Assembly (NCBI GenBank): GCA_051047955.1
Contig: JBPGPT010000016.1
Coordinates: 62,001 to 126,000, forward strand
Reading direction: 5' to 3'
DNA from: Cystobasidiomycetes sp. EMM_F5
Lineage: Eukaryota
DNA: 64,000 nucleotides
Below the pieces are notes generated by a model. That model saw only the letters and a list, made by a program, of their open reading frames with translations, searched no databases and had not been told where the DNA came from. Position numbers and translations under genes: made by a program. This document shows positions 25,329 through 36,261 of the stretch, piece after piece; position 1 is the first letter of the stretch; each line of letters starts with the position of its first letter.

Positions 25329-26133
25329 TCTCCCTCTCTCTCGCAGTTCAACCACGAGTCACTCAATCGATGCATTCCTGCTTATTCTCGCCTACCAATG
25401 GTCCAACCTGCTCAACTTAGTAATCATCTCCTTCGACAACTTCACGCGCTTGGTCTACTCATACGAATTGTACTGCTTGATTTCGCTTGTCGTTGCCCAG
25501 CCTATAATACCCTTCGTAGCTCTGTTACGTCTAGCATATCCATACGAAAGATTGGACGGTAGCCAGATGTTGTGTTGAACAATACACGTCTTTTCCTTTG
25601 AATTGAACGTGGTTTCGGCAAGCATGTAGCAACCTGTAAAGCGAGGAGATGCTCTGGATTAGCAATACGAGTCTCTGAAAGATGAGAGATCATTGTCCGG
25701 GAGGTTCTCATCCGACGGCTGACCGCAGAAATACAACACAATCATGGCGAAACAAGCATTGCGGACAGCTCGCCATCGGTTGTAGTACAATGGGGAGGGG
25801 CCTCTATAAAATACGCTGAAAAGAGCCAAACGAACGGATTGATACAAGCTTAGATGCCAGAGTTGAAGAGAATAGGTGAGCGAGAGTGACATGAAGTGGG
25901 TCCAAGTGACGAAGCCAGGATACCGGAAGATCGGGATGATACAGCATATGCATTGGTCGATTCCAGATAGTCGATACAGTGATACGAAAGGGGAGAAGTG
26001 ATACAGTGGGGCCAGCAGAAGTGGCCAGATAGGAACGCGAAAACGTAGACGAGGTGAGATGAAATAAAGAAGAGTTGGAACTGAGGATTGAGTATGATGA
26101 AGGAGGGATAAGAGGAACAAATTGCGAAATCGT

Positions 26134-28067
26134 TCAGAACATGACAAGCATGCCACCCGCAGCGACAGCGACAACTGCGACCAGTGAAGATGTGAGCCAG
26201 CTTGCAGAAGGCTTGCCACTTGTACCGGAGTCGCTGACCGATCCAGGCAGTCCGGCACCTGCAGTAGCAGAAGGTGAGGCCGATGCACCAGTACCTGGTT
26301 CCCAGTCTTCGCAAGATTCGTCCCAGTCGCTGTATGAGCACTCCGACTTTGTCGGGGACGAAGGTTGAGGAGCAGCGGCAGAGTCGGATACGGCTGCAGA
26401 GACAGCCGGCTCTGTACCGGATGGCGCAAGAGCAGTTCCGCTTGGTGCTGGGATTGAGCTCGGTACTGGCAGGGAAGAAGCAAGGGCGCCGCCGCCGCTG
26501 ACAACAGGTGCGGGAGCGGTGCCGATAGTGGCAGAACCGACAACCGTTGCGATCTTGGTGGAGACGAGTGTGGTTGGAACTGCGGAAGAGAAAGTGGAGC
26601 CGCCAGATGTGACGATGTTGGTGTGCTGCTCTGTAACGGTCTGTACTTGCGAGATAGTACGAGTCGAGCCAGATGCCGTCATTGTAGCGAATGCTGTTGT
26701 AGGTTTGGTAACCGTGACAGTCTGACCGCCTGATACTGTAGTAATGACCTGGTTGTAGATGTTGGTGATGTTCTGAACGACACTGTGTCGAAATATATCA
26801 GCTTAATTCGGTCCGACGTGAGTGTCAACTTACTTGTAGCCGTAGATTCCATTCTCTACTTTACTCCACGACTTGCCGCGAGGTGAATCGATGACTTTGG
26901 CAGCTTGGCACTGTTTAGAATAAGTGGCCTGCATTTACTCTATCAGCTTGAGGCAATCTCGATAATGCCAACATTATATATTTACGTACATTGGTCTTCT
27001 CCTCTTGTAAACTGGCTTCATAGGAAATAGAGAATTGGTCGCTGTACGTGATAGCGCCTGTCTTGGAAACGAATTTGTACTATACCCAATAAGACTTCGT
27101 CAGTCCTGGTTATGCAACTTCTTTTTATCGCAATACTCACGAAATAGGAGTTGCCATAACAAGTCAGATACGGAGTCTGAGGAAAATCGAAAGAGCCCCG
27201 TTCATCCGACACATCTACATTCAGACCAAGTGTAGCTACCAACGCGCCAGATGTCTGTGAACCGATCATGAGGTAGATAGAAGTGCTGCTCCATTGCGAG
27301 TATTGCGATGTCAGGGAGTTGTTCGTCGAAATTGGGCCATGTCCCATCGGTATAGCCGGTACCGAGGAAATTGCGGATGGCAGTGGCAGACTTCCAGCAA
27401 GTGCGCCTCCTCCCGATACTGGGGCTGTTTGGGAAATCGCCGAAGGCATGCTGTTGATGGAAGATCCGAGGGAAGCACTATTGCTCTGCACACCCTGTCC
27501 ACCGGTCTGTAATGCGGTACCTGTTGAGGAAGCGAGACTACTGCGCGACGTCGTGGTCGACACGCCTGCTGACAGTTGTGCACCAGTTGAAGACCCTGAA
27601 TTGTATGGCATCGAAATTCCCGTGCCTGTTCCTGCGCCTCCAGTCTGGATGAGGGAGGACTGACTATCTCCAGGTCGGGTGTGCAGTAAACTAGAACCTC
27701 CTTGACCACCAGTATTCATCGAAATCTCCTTGGCAGGCCTGGAGGAAAAGCCAGTGAAACCGCCAGTCTGGGAGTTCACGTCGCTGGGCTTGGAAAAAGC
27801 GGGTTGCGTATGTTCATCAGGTCTACTAACGACCGGTTGGGAATTCTGTCCATTGCCATTTCCGTTTCCGTTTCCGTTTACATTTCCGTTCCCGTTTCCG
27901 TTCGTGTATTTGATCTGGCCTGGTTTGCCGGCACTGCAGTCCGTAGGAGGGGCAATGTGGCATGCATCTGCAATACTGACGAGCGCCACTGGCACAAAGA
28001 GGGCGGCTACGAGGAGGGAGCGAGATGAGATTCCTGAAGAGCGTGAGTGGGTGCTGGAGGAAGACAT
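26134..28067 (-). CDS. Secreted Ser/Thr-rich GPI-type cell-wall protein with an internal Kre9/Knh1-like Ig-type domain (4 exons)
   Basis: Signal peptide and (GN)n tract. Spliced domain WSSTSIYLMIG..VATLGLNVD..GSFDFP..GNSYFYKF..YSDQFSI. Thr-rich stalk and hydrophobic C-terminus. Confidence 0.75.
27850..27903 (-). repeat. Hexanucleotide (AACGGA-like) tandem repeat encoding an Asn-Gly tract
   Basis: TTCCGT units on the + strand translate as NGNGNGNVNGNGNGNGNG. Confidence 0.85.
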
Positions 28068-29526
28068 AATGGCTGGCGGATGAAAGTACGGATGCGATTA
28101 TCGGAAACAAATGAAAACAGTAAGTGGAGGTCCATGCATGGTGTAGATCAATTGTGAATTGCTTACCGCTTGACTTCAAGTGGAAATGAACCGAAGTTGC
28201 CCGCACAAAGGAAGATAGACAGACGTAGTAAGTTGAAGAGTACGTCTAGCAACCGTCGAGCTCTCTGAATATTCGTAATCTGCGTGGGATGTGTCAGTAC
28301 TGTAATGTTTGACGAGCGAAATGTAGTAAACATACCGCTCGTACGAGATCCTAGGTGGAGCAGGCGGAGACAGCAAGGAACATGTAGAAGGTGTCCGTGT
28401 CTAAGGCTGCTGATGTTTGCAGTAGAGTCACCTCTGGACTTGCCTCCTAGCTAGCCAGTACAGATGAGCTGGATAGAGCGGAAACTAAGCAAGCTTTGAG
28501 CTAGCCATCCGACAGCCCACACCCGTTGCAATTGAGTGACACAGTGACTGCGGCACTCGTAGGGTCTTACCTTTGTCAGTAGTCGCCGCATCATTTCCAT
28601 CGCGAGATATGGAATGTTTCCGACAGGATCTCTGCCATTTGTGACATGTCAGAGGGCCATGGCGTTAGCAAGGGACAGTATGTCTGAGTGACCTGAAGCA
28701 TCGTATACGCTGAGGGAGGGTCAGTGGTGTGGGACTTTTCAAAGTAGAGTCAGCGGGGATTGCAGGGCAAGTTTTTCGAATTGGCGTTAAGCTATACATG
28801 CTCGAGGATCCAGGCGACCCTCTGCCAGCTTTAGTAAGGGATCCTCAGCGATAAGCACATTGCTGATTTTGTGCGTCACGACTGAAAGATCAGTCCTCAA
28901 TTCTCAGCCAAGTTGAAGAGCTAATCAGCGAGTCACTCGGAGCTTCTTCCCGCACTGGTCTCGTCAAAGTAGCTTGTCCTACTTTTCCTCTCACTGGCAA
29001 CAATTTCTGACTTCTCTTACATCATCTTGCACTTCAGTTCTGGCCAGGAATTTGCCACCGAGGAAGCTTTGTTTGCTCGATATCCGGGAAGGGAAAGGGA
29101 GAGTACTCGCTCGAGGGGATTCCAGAGCCAGGACAACCAGGACAGCAGGGGACACGCAACACACAACCAAGCACAAGTCCGCGACGTTAGCGGGCGCGTA
29201 CCGGCTCAGCTTACGGCTGTGAGCGTGTTGAGCGCGAGATTCAAACGGCACCGTCCGCAAATTGCTATTCAAGATTGGAAGCAGCCAGCGGGAACAGAGG
29301 AAGCGGTACTTCGTGAACGTCGCGAGGATCAGCAGCATACGGTCAGTGTGCTAAGTCATGCTCGATGTCTGGTCAGCTGCGCTGATTCTCAACGGTCGTC
29401 AGACAGACCTTCCTGGATCCCGGACGGGAACATACAGTCAGCAGTCACTCGCAATCAGCGAGCGCACAAGTCACCTCAGCTTCTCCCTCTCGAAGCATCC
29501 CGACACCACCCTCCACCACGCTCACC

Positions 29527-29544
29527 ATGTTTATATCGTTATAG
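29527..29544 (+). promoter_or_regulatory. Putative upstream ORF (MFISL*) in the 5' leader of the 29873 gene
   Basis: accATG TTT ATA TCG TTA TAG. It is the only non-intronic ATG between 28801 and 29872. The transcription start is unknown. Confidence 0.5.
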
Positions 29545-29872
29545 CCACTCGCTTCGTCGAGGCTACGGACTTTTCCGAGTCGACCAGTGCGAAACTAGAG
29601 GCACGACATTTCTCTGGCTAGACCTGCCGAGCTTCTGCACGGCTACAAGTCTACGACTGTACACGCTCTTCTAGCGTATAAACTGCTTCAACAGCTTGCT
29701 CTGCGGCAGTTTTGACCAATCCTCACCGCTCGAAGCGTACTTGGCACAGTTTGCCACTGGTTTACGAGATTTCTAAGGCATCGCCTCGACGACGTCGACA
29801 CACAGTTCTGTGCAAGCAGTCATAGATATCATAGACCAACTCAGTGACGACACGTATTATCATCTTAACGTT

Positions 29873-31942
29873 ATGCACAACGGACGATATTCCCCAGTCC
29901 TCACTCCAACAATGGCACCCTTCTCCGGCAGTGGCAACTCCTCACCAAATCATGGCGACGGGAGCTCCGCGGGATCTGATGATGCGGACACTGCGAGTAG
30001 TGCTGTCGAACCCGAAATACCGCGGTTTGTTCTGTCCCCAGCATCCCTAGCTATACACGACGAACAACAACATGAAGCAAGTCCGCGTATAGTATACGAG
30101 CGTAGCAACGACCGCTTGCGCTTGACCAAATCTCCTCAGCGTCTGTCAACCAGCGCATACTCTGTAGAAGCGGGGCTAGACCCAACTCACGCAGACCTCG
30201 ACAGCCTGTCGGCATATTCCGTCGAAGACCGTGATAATGGACAAGATTATCGCGACGACGGCAACGAGAGGGACGATGAAGCGTCAGAAGACGGGCACGA
30301 TGATACCGAGAGTGACTTTGACCGCCTCGCTTCACCCTTGAGGGAACGACCGACTCGGTGGGACGGTTCCATGCATTTATCTACTTCCCCTCCGCCCACG
30401 TTGCGTCGGAAAAAGTCGGTACAAGATCCCTTCTTCGACGCTGTCGAGGCTTCTTTCATCTGCACAACAAAGCCCGCCTGCTCGCGCACAAGACTGGTCT
30501 CGTGCCTATCAGGCCGAGCGACTTCCCCTGGGCCAATGTCTCCTCTCCTTTCCGACGACGATTGGCCTTCATCTTCAAGTGCGGCAGCATCCTCGCTCAT
30601 CTCTGCAGTCTTCTCGAGCGGCACAGACCGCACACCATCTCTTTCATCCTCGCCCGATAGTACCACGTTAGCCCAGCCTGATAGCGAAATGCCGAGACAA
30701 GATGAAGCGGATGCCTCTTTCAACAAGTCGGGGTATGAGTCTGCGTGTTCATCGTCCTCCTCCTTTTCGTCCGGAGGTACCTCACGAGTTCGGTTCAAGT
30801 CAGGATGTGTCATCAGCGAAGTCAATCTCACATGGGCTGCACAGAGCTATGACCGAGCGCCTATTGACGTTGCCCAGTCTCTCGACATGCACAGATGTCA
30901 TTCTCTCGATGTTGATGGTGGAGATGCAGACGAGGATGCCGAGACTTGGCAGTGCGAGGACGAAGAGAACGATGAACAACGGCGTGAGGCTCATGACGCA
31001 AAGTCAACAGGGAAGCGGGATTCCAGCGACGAGAATGACGAAGAATGGTCATCGGACCCACTTGCGCAGCGCGAGCACGAGGAACGGGTACAACGTTCTC
31101 CATCCCCCTCATCCTCCTATACATCCATCTCGGACAACCTTTCCTTGTGCCGTATCGCCTCCAGGGCAACTTCGTACCCTTCACCCTTCAGTCGAACAAC
31201 TCCACTTGAGTTAGAATGCGGAGATGATATTGACGAGGAGGAGGAAGACGATGAAGGTGCTGATGCGCGGACCATCTTATCCGTCAGTCCCGCAGCACCC
31301 GGTACTTTACTGTCGGCAACACTGCATGACAACGATCCAGTATCCTTTGCACCGCAACCACCTTCCCCGCCTCTTTCGAGCAGCAGATCAACAGCCGCTG
31401 CAGCTGCATTCGCTTGCGCGCGCGCCACGATGGAAGACAATCTCACTTTTCATCAACATCCTCATGCCCAGCCCGCTGAAGAAGCGTTGTCTTTCGATGA
31501 TGACGAGCCTACGACATCGCCGGTTCTGCCGATCCTCAGCACCGATATGGTCAGCACCGCGCCGCTCTCTGTATCTCCGACTGCATACGACGAGTCCTCC
31601 GCTTCGTCTTGCGGTGAACAAGACGATGCCGCATCTAAAGGCTGGGCAAGTTGGATGAAGATGGCATGTCTACGGAAGAAGGCAGCTTTGGCACAGAGGC
31701 AAGCCTCGGAAGAGTCACGGCAGACGTCGACACTCAGCGATGGTGCACTTGAGAGTGGACCCTGTCTTCCGGGTAGGAGAAGATCATCTGCTTCTACCAG
31801 CGGGGCGAGCGATCAAGAGGTGCAATCCGACACTGCTCAAAGTGGCGGTAGCCGACAGGCCAAGTCACGTCGAGGCATGTGCGCTATGGGCAAGTTCTCA
31901 AGAGAGCAGTTGTTCGAGTGTGACGCGCTCGGAGGCTTTTGA
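29873..31942 (+). CDS. Acidic Ser-rich protein with an RVxF PP1-docking cassette; putative PP1 (Glc7) regulatory subunit
   Basis: Intronless ORF of about 690 aa containing RVRFKSGCVISEVNLTWAAQSYDRAPIDV, and C-terminal DALGGF. Confidence 0.6.
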   Translation: MHNGRYSPVLTPTMAPFSGSGNSSPNHGDGSSAGSDDADTASSAVEPEIPRFVLSPASLAIHDEQQHEASPRIVYERSNDRLRLTKSPQRLSTSAYSVEAGLDPTHADLDSLSAYSVEDRDNGQDYRDDGNERDDEASEDGHDDTESDFDRLASPLRERPTRWDGSMHLSTSPPPTLRRKKSVQDPFFDAVEASFICTTKPACSRTRLVSCLSGRATSPGPMSPLLSDDDWPSSSSAAASSLISAVFSSGTDRTPSLSSSPDSTTLAQPDSEMPRQDEADASFNKSGYESACSSSSSFSSGGTSRVRFKSGCVISEVNLTWAAQSYDRAPIDVAQSLDMHRCHSLDVDGGDADEDAETWQCEDEENDEQRREAHDAKSTGKRDSSDENDEEWSSDPLAQREHEERVQRSPSPSSSYTSISDNLSLCRIASRATSYPSPFSRTTPLELECGDDIDEEEEDDEGADARTILSVSPAAPGTLLSATLHDNDPVSFAPQPPSPPLSSSRSTAAAAAFACARATMEDNLTFHQHPHAQPAEEALSFDDDEPTTSPVLPILSTDMVSTAPLSVSPTAYDESSASSCGEQDDAASKGWASWMKMACLRKKAALAQRQASEESRQTSTLSDGALESGPCLPGRRRSSASTSGASDQEVQSDTAQSGGSRQAKSRRGMCAMGKFSREQLFECDALGGF

Positions 31943-32322
31943 CGTGGTGGTTGCGTATGTCGAGCATGTTTATCCGTAGCTACCGGGGCCACGTATTGTG
32001 CAGCTATTTAGAAGTTAATAGCCCGAGTATCGATGCAGTTGTAGCAGTAATGTTGATCAAACTGTCCATATCTACATGTCAGCTGGGCTAGGCGTTCACT
32101 TGCGGCTTCGAGGCTTTTCTCCTATTGATAGGTACCAGCCTAACTTCCCAAGACAAAGTGAACGAACATTTACTCTGGCCCGGGAGATGACAGACGAGCT
32201 CGACGTCGTAAATACCGTCTACAAAAGCAAACAATGGCGAAATTCGCGCATCATTTGTATTGCCGCAGGGCTAGATTTCGGTGATAGGCCACGCCTGCTT
32301 AATCTGTTTGGCCTGCAGCTGG

Positions 32323-32604
32323 ACGTTATGCATACCTAACGTTATGCACAGCTAGACGGGAGAACGCATGTTAATCATCGTCTATAGCTATTAGCGTTAG
32401 CTTGGCCTCCTAATTCGCTCTAGAATCAGTTCCTGCGGGCCATGCTTTTTACATAATCACGCAAACCGTGGCGTATGCAGGCGGCGGCATGAGCGATGGA
32501 CAGTGTCGCACGTAGGGACAAGTGCAAACGTGAGGCACGATCCCGGGCATGCAGCAGTCGATGCAATCGCGCAGGATAGTCGCCTAAAGGCAGTTATGCA
32601 CAGC
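32323..32604 (+). promoter_or_regulatory. Cluster of GTTATGCA motifs (possible bZIP-type binding sites)
   Basis: GTTATGCA at 32325, 32341 and 32593; the last two share the exact 12-mer GTTATGCACAGC. TTACATAA occurs near 32449. Confidence 0.35.
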
Positions 32605-33833
32605 GTCACGGTCCGCGGAATCGTACGAGGGTCTCTCTAGATGATATTTCGCCAGATTGCCAGTGCTGTGATCCGCCCTTCACGTCTAGCAGGAGAGAGG
32701 CTGGAGCAGTAGATCCGCAGCCATTCGTTCGGCGCCCTTAAGGCTTAGCCCACTCGTTGACTTAGGTCCGCTGTCGCTTCCCAGGCGCGATCTTGTGTGT
32801 TCGTGGCAGCCTGCCGCCAGCAGCTGGCCTCAGTCTCCATCCCAGCCGGTTCCTTCGATACGACGAGAGTGTCCTTAACTGCAGCTGCCAAAACCAATTC
32901 AATTAGACATAGTTCGCCGGCCGTGAAGAGACCAGCAAGCCCCGGAGCGGAAAGGTCCGAGTCGGTTCGAAAGTGTCACTGCAAAAGTATCTTCTGCAAG
33001 CAAGCATTCAGAAATTCTTCGTCAAAGGTTGTGTAGTCTGAGCGACTATTCTAACGAAAGCGTCGTTGAGAAAAATACTATATACATTATCACGGATTCC
33101 ATCCGAACCTCGGGCTCCAAGGAAACCCAAGGACGCGCCGCATCGATATCTGCTGTCCAAGCGGTCGGATACCTACCACCGTATATCTTCCCGGAACCGT
33201 CAAGGGCGGTTCAAGAGATTATACGGCCCCAATACCGCGAACGCGGCTTCAAGAAGACTGCTTTCACAAGCTTCTGCACTACAAGCTGCTTCCAGCTGCA
33301 GCGCGCCGGAGTCTAGTCGTAGAAGCAAGACAGCATCCTTTCTTCGGTGAGTTGCCAAAAGCTATCTTTACAAATCGCTTGCTTCCCGTTCTCGCACGAG
33401 AGCTCTCAGTGGCGCTTCCTTTAGGGGCCGAGCTTCACATTTATTAATTCTACCAGAATAATGCACAAGCCAGGAAACCCTCATGATCCGTACATAAGCT
33501 GAGCGATGTCATAGCCTGCCCGTCCGTTCCTCCACTGCAGTGTGCAGACGCCCTTCGCAGCTCGCATGCAAAGCTGCATGCCTACATCTGCTGCCCTCAA
33601 GGACGGTACCTAGGGGTCTCTCGGAAACGCGAATTTTCTAGGGTACGCCGGATGACTTCTCTGGCTTCTGACGGGGTTCGCTGATGCTTCACTGCTTCAG
33701 AACTACGTATACTTGCTCGCTTCCCTAATCCGCGCGCAGGTCTTGGATGTGGACAGGTGTCACTGGTCGCGGACTTTAGCCAAAGGGCTAGCTTCCTTAT
33801 CGCCACCTCACGACATCCGCAGTCTGCGAGACG

Positions 33834-36041
33834 ATGGATCACAATGCACCATACACGGCGCATAGGGATGCCAATCTTGGTACTTCCTACGACCACTCGA
33901 CTCGTCCTGACTCGTCAATGGGCGCAGTACCCAATGATCCAGCGACCTCCCTTGCTTCCCCGACTTTTTCCCCTCCCGTCGGTTCATACGATTATAATCA
34001 GTTATTGGAAGCTTTCACACACAGCAATGTCAGCAACGATGGTCTTGCATCTCCCCAAACATACCTTATGATGCCGCCAAACATCCTGTCAACTGGGATA
34101 TCACCCTCACAGTATCAGAATAATTACATGCAATTTGGTCCAAGCTTCAGCGACTCGACAGCATCTTCTCACGATCAGGCGCACGTACAATACCCCTTGC
34201 AATCTTCTCCACACACCCAGCAGTCTCTTGATTTAGCGCATCACGGTCTTCGCATACACCCCGCTCATTTCGACCCGGTGCCGCCCAACCTTCCCATAAG
34301 TACTGTAGAGCGCCTCGAAAATGTTGCCGCGAGCTACCCATCCAGTAACAGTATGCAATCTCACGCAATGGCTTTCAGTCAGCAGGGGCCTCTTGGCAGC
34401 AATGCCTTGCGGGGATCCGTACCCACACGGGAGGTCAAAGGTCGTCGCTCAAAACCATCATCGAGACGCAGCACGCTGGACGGTAGCGCTCCCCAGATGT
34501 CGGCGCTGTCATTGAACTCGCCCGTAGGGTCGATGTCGACAGAGTCATCGACCTCATCACTGCAAAATTCTCCCATAACCCCGTTGTCAGCGTATGGCTA
34601 CGTAGTGCAAGGGCAGGCCCCTCATACTGCTACGCGAATGCTACCGACGTTCAGCGGTCAGTTTCAATATGCTCAGCAGCAACCTCTCAACGTTCATAGA
34701 ATGTCCATCGATTCTGCAAAATTGGAGTACGATCATCAAGCATACCACCATCATCAAGCCCCACTTGCGGCATCTCTACCAGCATCATTTGCGCATGACC
34801 CGGCTTTGGTCTACTCAAGCATGAATATGGCACATCCTCGACAGCAGCAACATACGATACCGTTTCCAACGCAAGGCGATAACACTGCCTCCAAAATGAT
34901 AAGCATGCCAGTACAGATGACGCAATCTTCTGCGAGTTCTGTGCCACTGCAGCAAAGCACTCGAAGCCGCATGTCTTCGGCTGGATTGATGGACAGAATT
35001 GTGTCATCGCGCGAAATCTCCTTACCCCCAGCTGCAACGAGTCCCGAGACTATTGAAGGCATCATGCATACTACAGATTTGACGGCCCGGTCTATGCCTC
35101 CTTCAACGTCCTCATCTGATGCGAGCACTTCCTCGCGAACTTCGCGGTCATCCTCTTCAAAATCGGCAACCCCGCCAACGACACCGGCCAGAACGGGAGG
35201 TTCTCGCATTACCCGATCTTCTGCCTCCAAGCAAACGCCAACGCAGACGCAGACTACGCCTACGGCTCAATTTAGTCAGACCGAATCGCTCGCAGGGCCT
35301 CATCGCACCCCAAGCAAACGAAATCTTTCAGCAATGGCGAGTACAGACTTCAACAGGCCATCAGGATTCAGTCCGGCTGTTCCGGTAGACGCTCGGTCAA
35401 CAAAGACCCCGCAGCGACCAGGAATACGCCGAACTGCTAGCCATACACCGCAATCATCTCGACCAGGTTCGGCTGGTAACATCCGGCTCCAGGCCATGAG
35501 TAATGCTGTTTCAGCGTCGCCATACGACCAACAATTTCCATCAAGATTGTCATCTGCAGATTACGGTCAACCAGTAATGCAGGCTTTCGAAACGCACTTG
35601 GTTGAAGAGGTACACAACAACGATTCCTCCTCAATATTGCGCACTCAGAGCACTCCGGGACTCCTGCAAGACCGGCCTTCGAGTAGCCTTCAGAACGCGC
35701 TTGGTGCAACATCGATGCTGCCTGTTACTCGCTCGCGCAGGGCGGGTACTCTGTCTCTTCAGATGTCTCCGTTATCAGCGCCCAGCACTAGCAGCAGCCC
35801 GCAGGAACATGTTTCTGCACCGCCTTCGCCCATGGCATCATTCGCCGATGCCTTGAATGCACTGAATGTGCTGTCGAACTTTCTTGCATTTCAGTCTACG
35901 CGAACCAATACAGTTCAGCCAAATGAGCCTGCGCTTGGCACACCTGATCAACATCAAGCAATCTCTGATCTGCGCTATCGAGTCCAAATGCGCATGTCAG
36001 GTAGCGCCCCTCCTTTATCTGCAGCCAGAAACATTACGTAG
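33834..36041 (+). CDS. Hypothetical Ser/Gln/Pro-rich protein with a C-terminal helical hairpin
   Basis: 735-aa uninterrupted ORF. The only ordered-looking segment is SFADALNALNVLSNFL...HQAISDLRYRV. Confidence 0.7.
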   Translation: MDHNAPYTAHRDANLGTSYDHSTRPDSSMGAVPNDPATSLASPTFSPPVGSYDYNQLLEAFTHSNVSNDGLASPQTYLMMPPNILSTGISPSQYQNNYMQFGPSFSDSTASSHDQAHVQYPLQSSPHTQQSLDLAHHGLRIHPAHFDPVPPNLPISTVERLENVAASYPSSNSMQSHAMAFSQQGPLGSNALRGSVPTREVKGRRSKPSSRRSTLDGSAPQMSALSLNSPVGSMSTESSTSSLQNSPITPLSAYGYVVQGQAPHTATRMLPTFSGQFQYAQQQPLNVHRMSIDSAKLEYDHQAYHHHQAPLAASLPASFAHDPALVYSSMNMAHPRQQQHTIPFPTQGDNTASKMISMPVQMTQSSASSVPLQQSTRSRMSSAGLMDRIVSSREISLPPAATSPETIEGIMHTTDLTARSMPPSTSSSDASTSSRTSRSSSSKSATPPTTPARTGGSRITRSSASKQTPTQTQTTPTAQFSQTESLAGPHRTPSKRNLSAMASTDFNRPSGFSPAVPVDARSTKTPQRPGIRRTASHTPQSSRPGSAGNIRLQAMSNAVSASPYDQQFPSRLSSADYGQPVMQAFETHLVEEVHNNDSSSILRTQSTPGLLQDRPSSSLQNALGATSMLPVTRSRRAGTLSLQMSPLSAPSTSSSPQEHVSAPPSPMASFADALNALNVLSNFLAFQSTRTNTVQPNEPALGTPDQHQAISDLRYRVQMRMSGSAPPLSAARNIT

Positions 36042-36261
36042 ATCAGGGCTCAATACGCACTGTTGCGTTTTATGATCCTGATCAAAAAGCTCAATTCGAG
36101 CTACTACATACGACAAGAGCAACGACAACAAGTGTGAATCGTATTGTATCGGGTAGAAGTGCTTACAGTACCATCGTTGTTGCCAATTTGTAGCTCATGC
36201 CGCGCAATCTGCACCAACGCTTCGTCGGAGATCCGCCCATACGGGGGCGTGAGAATCGCCC

